A stretch of 64,000 nucleotides of DNA from NCBI RefSeq assembly GCF_009914755.1, contig NC_060932.1; one strand, written 5' to 3'. The position numbers and the translations under genes were made by a program. The stretch's first letter is position 1, and every line of letters begins with the position of its first letter. The notes under the pieces are model-generated. The model ran no database searches. It was given only the letters and a program-made list of their open reading frames with translations, and was not told where the DNA came from. Source of the stretch: the human T2T-CHM13v2.0 reference genome, Homo sapiens. Below are positions 53,860 through 64,000 of this stretch, piece after piece.

Positions 53860-54440
53860 CCCCACTTTCACGATATAAATATCTACTTTGTGTCAGACAC
53901 TATGCTCAGACCTAAGGCTATAGTAGTGAATAGAAACTGTTTTTACCTTCAAGAAACTTACAAGTTAGTAAGAGAAACAAAACAAATATATGACAACAAA
54001 TCATAATAATTTGCAAGGGAGATTTTCAAGGAAGAAACTTACAAGGGACAACCAAATTAGATTGAAAGACTAGAAAAGCTTCCCTGAAGAAGTGATATTT
54101 AAGCTGAGATGTAATTCCAAGTAAGAATTTTCCAGGTATAGAAAGAAGGGATTGCTATGGAAAATATGATAGGAAAGACCTTCTCACAATAAGAAACTGC
54201 CAGAAGGCCAATGTGGTTGGAAAAAAGCGCCTGTGGATAAATGATCTGAGAAGAGACTGGAGACTTAAGCAGGATCCTAAAGCAGAACTGGGCTTCTGCT
54301 TAGAGGACTGATTGGTGATGAGGAGGTGTATAGAGGGCTGACCCTCCAGGAGGCTGTTGCCACAGTCCAGGTGTGGTATGTACCAAATACCTGGATGTGG
54401 AGGAGGAGAGACATGGGTGGATGCTTTTCCACACCAATAA
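53860..54440 (-). mobile_element. L2 fragment
   Basis: CTACTTTGTGTCAGACACTATGCT...AAGCTTCCCTGAAGAAGTGATATTTAAGCTGAGA...AGGAGGCTGTTGCCACAGTCCAGGTG. Confidence 0.75.
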
Positions 54441-54529
54441 GTAAAACAACTGACCAATCTCCAAGCAAAAAAAAAGTGATCATCCATCAGTATTATTTTC
54501 TAATTGCCATCAAATGTCTATGACCCTCA

Positions 54530-54700
54530 GAAAGCATGATGGTTAACAATACAGACTTTGGAGTGAGATTGGCTATGTCCAGATCCTAGCTTTTGTATTT
54601 ACTAGTTGCATGAACTTGTGCAGTCTGGCCTTCAGTGCATATACCTGTAACATAAGCTGCATAGACATGTCTGTTTTATAGGGTTAGTGAAATTATCCAA
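54530..54700 (+). mobile_element. MIR
   Basis: GGTTAACAATACAGACTTTGGAGT...ATCCTAGCT...TTTACTAGTTGCATGAACTTG. Confidence 0.7.
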
Positions 54701-57700
54701 ATGGCGATTATCCAAATCACGATGGTGATTTATGGAAAGACATCACAGGCAAAGTATACAAGTTTCTTTAAAGAAGTTAACAAGAACTGAACTGGGTAGA
54801 AATGGTTGTACAAAGCCAGAAGCTTTCCACATTATTCCTATTAGAGGAGCAAATATCCCATGCCATTCAAGTATGTCAAATGTGCCCTAGCATTTATTGG
54901 ACCATTAGGTTTTTCTTGGTGTTTCTTTATCATTCTTCTGTGATGTCTTAAACCCTTTTGGTTTGTTTTAATATTTATGTATTTCTTAAGAGGTACATGT
55001 AACTGGTAGGCACACTGCCAACACATTACTGAATTTTTCTCAAGGTTACCATACCAAGTGTATTATCCTTTAGCAGGCCAAATATTAGGTTTTCTTGAAG
55101 TTTATTCCTGCAAGTTTGTGCAACAATTTAATGACACATTTTAAATTTAAAAAAAAAAAAGAAAAAAAAACTTGGTGCAAACCTGGAAATTTGTAAATAT
55201 AGAATAGGACGCAGGCTTTAATTACTAGTGAATTGTTAAATAAATCTGTTTGGTTTAGTTTTGGTTATTCTAAATTCTATTCTAAAAAGAATTTCTTGTA
55301 TTATTTTCCAAGAGCTTATAATAAAGTACCCCTTCAAGTGTAATAATACAGACACGTCTAATCGAAGTGAGCCAGCTCACCATCTGCTCACAGTTCTGCT
55401 ACTTAAGCAGTGATAACACTAAAAACAGTCTGCCAGAGTTTCAGTTATGCAAATAAAATAAATGGTGGGACTCAGACTATCCTAGCTTTGCATTAATTTG
55501 TGTGTCTTCAGAATGACACCAAAGTAGAAACAGTTCTTCTGTGTATTATGTCAAAGGAATATATTTTATAAAAGCTCTCTGTCAAGTGGAAAATTAGTTT
55601 CAAGATATAAACAGTTTTTGTGCTTAAGTTTACTAAACTAATAAATTTTAATCATGATAATTACAACAATAATATACATAAATAAGGTACGTACAGCTTA
55701 TTCCTCCTTTAATTTGCTTAGGGGAGGGCTTTATGTACCTGAGAGGAAAAAATAGGAGGATTACCAATTTATATGCTTGGTACCAAAATATGTGATTAAA
55801 TTTAGTTGGCTACATCAGGCCATCATGAGATATCTCTTTAGGATGCTCATAAATAAATTGGCCAGGTGTAGGCTTACAGCCTGAACAACATTTCAGGGGG
55901 CTTATGGGAGTAAATAGAAGTAAAGATTAGTCAGTAGTAGTCCTATTCAGCAACTTTATCAAACCTGGACCAAATAATCTCCTGATAGGCAAACAATGCC
56001 GTGTCTTTCCCAAGGGATAGCACTTGATGTGTCCCTCTTAGTACACCTAAGAGCTCTTTGTGGTCAGAATTCATACATCATTAATGATTGTTCTAATATT
56101 GTTTCCACAAAATGGTAACAGCAGTAATTTGATGCTGTCTTTTGTTGCAAATATAGTCTGCTTTTGCGTAATCCTTAGTCATCTTGTATTCTCCACCAAA
56201 ACTTTCTCTCCTGCTTTTAGATTTACATTGTGAGGCTGTAGATGGAGAAAACATTCTTCCTCTCACTCTTCTTTCTTGTTATCTGTTCTGATGCTATTGG
56301 ACATTTTGGGTTGAGAATCTATCATATTGAATGTTGGCATGAAATCTGTGCATTATTCAAACTCATATTTAACTCATATTTATATGCTTCCAAAATGAAA
56401 GCATATAAGTAGCAGCAGTTTCATTTTGTGGAAGGATTTACATTTTCCTTTTGAGTTACAGAATATAAGGAAGAAAATCAACAAAGTCTTCAGAGACTTG
56501 ATGTTTTAAAGGTAGCTTGAAATACCTCAAACATAAATTATCCAGCTTGATTATGTCAAGAAAAAAAGAAAGAAATATCACTTTGTAGTCATGGTTCTCT
56601 TTTTATATATTTGTTTATTTTGTAGTCATGGAACGAGCATTTCTTGAACAAAAGTAGTTATTCATTATGATAAAAGGGTCAATATTATTTTAAAAAGAAC
56701 TGTGTTGGCAATATTGAGGCAGCGTAAAACAATATTGGAATTATTTAAAATATTGAAAAATACAAAGGAGATGATATTCAAGAAACCCTAACGTCACAAA
56801 ATTGGGTAAGGAATTAAAGGAAGATTGCCTGGAACTTGATAAATTAAATTAAAAAGTTGTTATTTATGTTGTTCCTTTTTCCTACTATAATTTCACTGTA
56901 TTTAGCCAGGCACAGTCAGCTAACCTGTTAGATTGCTGTAAAATTTGCAAGACAAAACTTGTACAAGAGTTTAGATAAATGTTTAGACCTGACCTATCTG
57001 AGTTCTACATCATTGAGAAGAAAACATAGTATAACCCTCATTTAAAATCTCTCCTTTAAGATAGTCCAGCAACTTATATCCATAAGCAATTAAAATTTGT
57101 AACTTTATCAAACCATTTTTGAAATAAGTGATTCTTTTAACTTTATTTTTACAATTCTACAATTTTAAAAGCCAAAACACAATTACTTGAGGGAAGTGAT
57201 AAAGGTGAATGAGGAATCCTATAGTCTTGAAACTGAAAAATAGTTGAGTACATATTTTCTCTGCACTTTATGGAAGACTAAACTGAATTCTAGAAAATCA
57301 GAAGATGCCTCTAGATTGTTTTCAAGCCAAGACCACATGGGCATCTTGATGTCTTAGAGAGTATATATTCTACTGCACTATACTACATGTAGAAGATTCT
57401 AAGTCCATTGAAAAAAATTACCAGGGAGAGAAAATATAAAATAAATAATAGTACCTGGAGTTAATGTATTGTTAATTTTGAGTTCAAAGGTTTTTTTTTT
57501 CCTATATGCACATAACCAAGCTATTAATAATAAAATAACAAGAAGATATAAAAAGGTGATTTTTTTTTAGTAAGTAAAGTATTTTGAAAAATGTTCCAAA
57601 ATTTATAAAAATATTGGTATGGGATTTCTAATTTTATTCGTGTTTCAGATTAATTTATTACAATATCCAGTGTCCTGCTTTATTAAACAGCTGAGACAAT

Positions 57701-57884
57701 ACAGAAAGGAAAACTAGAAATTAAATTATCTATTTATGCCTTTTAATTTTAGGGAAACAGAGGCTTCATAGCACTCAAAAAATTTATTATGGCCGTCAAA
57801 CAGCGGTTCACAATAGTGTTCTAAAATTTAAAAAAATCTTTTTGAACTTCACATTACAATGAGCAACTGAGCAGATGGTACTAA

Positions 57885-58220
<336 letters not shown>

Positions 58221-59099
58221 TAGAATTATGTGAATTTTTGCTTAGAAGAAAATGAAAGCAAATAACACATACATGCTGCTGAATTGCTTCAAAAAATTAT
58301 ATGCAAAAATTGACGCTGTAGTCAATGCTGGTTTTCCTTAGTATGAAAAAGGTGACTTTTCAGTCTATCATGTACTTTCTTGGAGACTTTTACTAAAGAT
58401 TTATCTGCAAATTAATGGAAAAATAGGGTGTAATGAATAAAAAAAGAGAACCAAACAGCCCCATTTTCACTCCCTCAACCTTTGGCTAGAAAGTAAGTAT
58501 TCTAAAAGTTATACTTTGGAACCATATCTCCTGGGTTGATCTTCTACTCAGTTTTAGCATGTCAGTTGATTTTTATTCCTTCTTGCACAGTTATTTGTTC
58601 CCAATTCTTCAATATTAAATAGGTTCTTAAAATTCGAAAAGGAGTAATGGTGAAACAGTGTTTCCAAAACACAACATGACAGGTAAGGAGTTCTAAGAAA
58701 CATTTACAAGTTATTTTTGACTGAGAATGCCTTTTTTACTTCCTACACTCTTGTATAAATGTAGATGGGGAAGGCATTATTATTTTCTTTACATAATTAA
58801 GAAAACCGAAGCAGATAACATATTAAATGATGGCTTTTGCAGCATCAAGGTTGTGAAATGTAGACCTCAGAGGAGGACTCAGAAATTCTGCTGTCCAGAT
58901 CAAGTTTCCATTCTATTTCTGCAAAGATACTGTCTTGGGATACAGAAACAAAGTTGTTAGTATATTTATTATAAATTTTGATAGGAATTTACTTTCATTG
59001 TCAAATAGTAAATATGCTGACTCTTACATAATAAAATTGTCTCCTTGACACCACTTTTGAATTACGGTCATTTTCTGGCAGTGCAAACTGTTATTTTTT

Positions 59100-59900
59100 T
59101 TTTGAAAGAAGCAAGTTCTATCTAATTTTAGAGTCTAGAGTCTATTTAGACTGATACTAAACAAACACACCCATTAAAAAACATTCCACTTTGTCTGAAA
59201 TTGATATATTTGTCCTTGAGTGTACATTTCGCCTTACCTTTGTATGACATTTTCTTTTATGGTGTTTTTGAAAACTGCATATAGTTGATTTTTATTCACA
59301 ATCTGAAAATATTTGTATTTTAATAAGGGCATTAATCCATTGACTTTTACTGTCACAGCTGATAGGCTGTTATATTTGCTGTTTTGATTCGTGCCTTTTG
59401 TTTTTTGTGTGTATTATTACATTTGTTTTTTTCTTTTAATATGTGGAATTTATTTTCATTTCTTTTTTTTTCTCTAATGATTGGGGGGAAGTTTTAGAAA
59501 GATTTATTTTCCTTTTCAAATTCTCCTGGTAGTTCCATTTTAGTTTTTTGTTTGTTTGTTTCTTTACTTAATACTTGAACCTATATTTCTCTATTAATGT
59601 TAATGAGGATATTATATCAACTTAATGTATATTAAATGGGGGAATCTGTACTCTTTACTTCCCCTATGCCCTTAACTCACTTGTTTCACAGGTTTTGTTG
59701 ATATATCCTTATATAACATGGAACCGTTATATTTTTATCTTTGAGTCCAAAATTTTTACAATTACATTTTGTGGTGCACCCTATTTGTGACAAACATTGA
59801 GAGAAACCTCCGCATTTTCACTGTTTTCAACATAGTCTACCAACACTTAATAAACTAGGTCTTCCCTATTACTATCATTTATTTTATTTATAGGTAGCCA
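59100..59900 (-). mobile_element. Old L1M relic (T-rich antisense)
   Basis: TGCATATAGTTGATTTTTATTCACAATCTGAAAATATTTGTATTTTAATAAG...TTAATCCATTGACTTTTACTGT resembles the L1ME ORF1/ORF2 junction. Confidence 0.5.
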
Positions 59901-60674
59901 GTGCTCATTTTTTGATATATTTTTCAGAGTTACATGAAGATATTATATCAGAAATCAAATTATTTTGCTTCAGACACAAATTAAATATTAATTAGTTATA
60001 AAATTCTCCATAAACTAGAGGTTAAAGAAAACTCACAAACGCCTACACGGTACAAGCTGGAAATGTAAATTGTGAAATATGCCTAATGTAAGATCATAGG
60101 TAAAGTCTATAGCATGATGCAAAGGCGCAGACCTATTCTGAAGGCATTCATATTCAACTATGTATTTTTAAGCTTGGATAGAAAAAAGAAATGACAACAG
60201 GCCATTTAGGGTCACAGATAGCTAGCGTTCCTGTAGACATTGCTTGCGTGATCTTTATCATTTAGTGGTGAAGAGAAGTCTGAGGCAAGTGTGATTCCTG
60301 GTGCACATGACCTGCTTTTCTCTACCTGACTTTTTTCATTATCCTCAAAGAACTAGAAAAAAATCCCTGAAATAGGCCTAACTGTTGATGGTTTTTAATT
60401 AAGTTGATGTATAATTGATAACCCCTTCAGTTTTGAAGGTTAGCATTCCAAATAAATTATTTAATTTTTGAATGTTGTGTCTGTGCCATGTGTTCTGCTG
60501 TTTTCTTTAAGAACATCAATATCCTATGTTTCATTTGCTTCCACATAGCTTTATTTCCTTGCATAATGTGAGAGTCTTCTCATTTGTAATTTATATTGTA
60601 GGTTTAGTTTTCTACATAAGGACTTTGTGTATGGCTTCTGATTTTGTTTTTGCCATTGTACTTATGTTGACTAA

Positions 60675-61115
<441 letters not shown>

Positions 61116-61604
61116 CTGTAGTCTCATTTTACTTTATTTACTGTTGAATGAAGAGGACTTTCCATGTCTGTTATTTGAATAGTAATTGATTGAGAAAGGT
61201 TCTAATTGTCCTGCTCTTCAACCCCCGGGGTGCTGTTACAGTTCTTGTATCAGACCTTAAAATAGAAAAGAAGTTGACAGGTAAACATTCACATCATCCT
61301 TTTTGGATCTTGTTTTTGCATAGGTATAGGTCTCTTGAATTAGGAAATCTCTCAGTTACCTCTGTCTGTCTAGGTAGAGTAGAATTTATGCTTGGATAAT
61401 TTAAAACAGTATTTCTTCCTCTGACACTGTTGATACAGAAAAGCACTCTCACAGTTTTTCATTGCTTCATCCTTGCCTACTGCCAATCTCTTATTCCAAC
61501 ATGTGACATACTATTGCCTCTCCACTTCAGCTCAATCCATATTGTCTATCTGGAAACTGGTGTTGCTGAATAGCTGAAAATATTATTTCTCATATTTTTG
61601 TAAA

Positions 61605-61717
61605 TAGGTTGACAAATGCATCATGATATGTTCAGCACTGTACTGGTTTTAGCACTGTAAATCTCAAGTCCTGGGGACCGCCACAGTTTTAGGCAAACCA
61701 AATAATTGTCCACTTTA
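61605..61717 (+). mobile_element. MER81 (hAT-Blackjack relic)
   Basis: TAGGTTGACAAA...ACTGTACTGGTTTTAGCACTG...GTCCTGGG...GGCAAACC...CACTTTA follows the short MER81 consensus. Confidence 0.75.
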
Positions 61718-62305
61718 TAAGCAACCATAAAATATAAACTTCCCAGAGATTGTAACTTCTAGTAGACCATGTTCCTTTTACCTCATTACTAACATTATTT
61801 GCCTTTTTAATATCAACACTAGCTAAGTTAATTTTATCTTCTGTTGTATATATTTTTAAAAAGCAGTAAACTATTTTTTGCTTTAAAGATATAAGATTAA
61901 ATTATAATATTAAATGTACTTGTTCAAATTGTTGGTACCACTCTAACTGAAGCAATTCTGAAACTTGGCTAGCCTGCCCTCAAATAATGTAGTCAGAGAA
62001 GTACAAATGGAAGGAAAGTAAAGATGAAATTTTGTCTCCTTGGCTAGCTGTTCTATAAAAGTCTGTGGGATCTGCAAGCCCTGTGATCAGTGAAACCCTT
62101 GTGCCTTTGACACTGGGACATGTCATGGTAGGAGGGGTGAGTAAATTTTCCTTTACTTGGATTTAGCTTGAGTATCTTTCCTGAGGGCTCCAATTGCCTT
62201 TGGCTTGTGAAAATTTTCCTGAGTTCTACAAATTAATATGTGGGAATGCCAAAGTTTGTGTGTGTGGGAGTGAGGGTGGTGTCAAATGGAATGAAAAAGT
62301 GAAGA

Positions 62306-62697
62306 TGTAATAGTTCGTTTTCACACTGCTATAAAGAACTACCCAAGACTGGGTAATTTATGAAAAAAAAAAAAAAGAGGTTTAATTGACTCACAGCTCA
62401 CCATGGCTGGGGAAGCTTCAGGAAACTTAGAATCATGGCTGAAGACGAACGGGGAACAAGGGACCTTCTTCACAAGGTGGCAGGAAGAATGATGAATGCA
62501 GGAGGAACTACCAAACAATCATAAAACCATCAGATGTCGTGAGTGAGCTCTTATGACAACACGAACAGCATGGGGGAAACTGCTTCCATGATCCAATTAT
62601 CTCCACCTCGTCTCTCCCTTGACATCTGGGCATTATGGGGATTATGGGGTTACAATCAAAATGAGATTTTGGGTTGGGACACAGCCAAACCATATCA
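62306..62697 (-). mobile_element. THE1C-like MaLR solo LTR
   Basis: TGTAATAGTTCGTTTTCACACTGCTATAAAGAACT...AAAACCATCAGAT...GGGATTATGGGG...GACACAGCCAAACCATATCA; TSD GAAGA/GAAGG. Confidence 0.93.
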
Positions 62698-62759
62698 GAA
62701 GGGTAAGTCAGTTTCGTATCACAAAATGATATGTGCTTAAACTGAAAGTCTTAATTATT

Positions 62760-63230
62760 TAAAAAAACTTATTTCAGTAAATATTTGCAGAATAATTTGT
62801 ATATGTAAGCTACTATGCTAGAATGTGTAGGACATAAAAATTTAGATATAGACTCTGCCTTTACAGAACTTTCTTATAGTAAGAGTTACCAAACCCACTG
62901 CAAAGTCTGAAATGTCATGTAAAAGTAATTTGAAAGTGCTGAAAAAATATAGATTATTTTTGATTGGTGAAGATCATGGAAAAATTAGTTAAGATAATAT
63001 TAAAAGATATATTGAATTTAAATTGACAGAATTTGGGGAAACATCTCAAACCCTTAGAATAATATGTGAACTGGGTAAGTTCAGGATGTATTTGGAAATT
63101 CAAAAGAACCTGTTTTAACTGGTGCTTCAGATCATTGATGGAAGTTAGTGCAAATTTTTCTGGAAAGTTTGGTCAGGACCAGTGGGTGCAGAGATTTGAA
63201 ATCCAGATTTAAGAGTCTGACATTTTTTTT
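62760..63230 (-). mobile_element. L2 relic
   Basis: TTTCAGTAAATATTTG...AGACTCTGCCTTTACAGAACTT...; degenerate antisense L2. Confidence 0.45.
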
Positions 63231-64000
63231 AATCACTTGAACTTTTTCACGGAGAAACTGTGCCCTGTTTATCTTTCTATTCATCAAACATTGCCGCAGA
63301 ATAAACACTCAATAAATATTTGTGCAAAAATAAATTACTAATGACATAATAGCTGCACATCTGAAATGACTGTGTCTGTGTTTACATGCACTTATGTAGA
63401 GTTTTCCCCGGAAAATTTATTTACATTTTTCAAAACCAATTATATGGAAATGAATGAATGAATGAGATATTGCATATAATTTCACTGTAGACTAAATTAG
63501 AAGATATTTTTTCCCTTTTATAACCAGGAGCATAACTAAGGATACCACTTAGCAAAATTATTATGATTATGAGTAAGGTTTCATTTAAAAATATTTTGAA
63601 AGGCATAGACAGAGTATCATGAAATAATCTGGGTGATTGTAAAATAAACAATTTGCACAATTACAGGTCCACCGAAGGCCAGAGCTGCAAAGGGTATGTC
63701 TGATTGCTGGTGAAGGGTATAATTATCTCTGAGGTTGGGAAGGGTTATATGTGCTGGCTTGTTTGCCAACATCTGTCAGCTGTTTCTGTGTACCACATTT
63801 TCTGTTCTAGTTTTGAGTCTTAATATAAAGTCTTCAAATATTCCTGGCAAGAGTAGAGTTATGTATATGCAAAAATATATTCAGGTTTGTCTCTTAACAT
63901 ATGTTCTTACACAGAGAATAACATTTCTACTTTCTGAACAACATTTTTAATTTTCTAGCAGAAACCTGTATTTTGCTACCTATTTTCATTAATTCAAGTT

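Noticed and set aside
56190-56300. Strong acceptor CTTTCTCTCCTGCTTTTAG at 56220
   Set aside because: No convincing donor or poly(A) signal nearby and reading frames close quickly; isolated acceptors are common in introns

Overview
This is AT-rich primate (anthropoid, most likely human) genomic DNA, not microbial. It is dominated by interspersed repeats: 16 Alu copies or fragments (J, S and Y types), several truncated L1s, many MIR and L2 relics, MaLR/ERVL solo LTRs (three THE1C-like, one MLT1B) and hAT DNA-transposon relics (MER33, MER3, MER1B, MER81, MER5-like). I can support no protein-coding gene; nearly all supplied ORFs are Alu-, L1-, LTR- or microsatellite-derived, or chance ORFs. The skew of Alu, L1 and LTR orientation towards the minus strand suggests an intron of a plus-strand gene, which I cannot name. 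The most distinctive element is a young-looking, tailless retrocopy of the neuronal BC200 (BCYRN1) RNA at 5254-5410, with a perfect 14-bp TSD and 3' microhomology to its target site. Weaker leads are several short candidate cryptic or micro exons, a 206-codon ATG ORF in apparently unique DNA, an (AAAGG)/(AAGGG) pentanucleotide tract, enhancer-like motif clusters and a few palindromes. I see no convincing evidence of a new multi-component biological system. Subfamily calls are made from remembered consensus sequences, and boundaries of old repeats are approximate.
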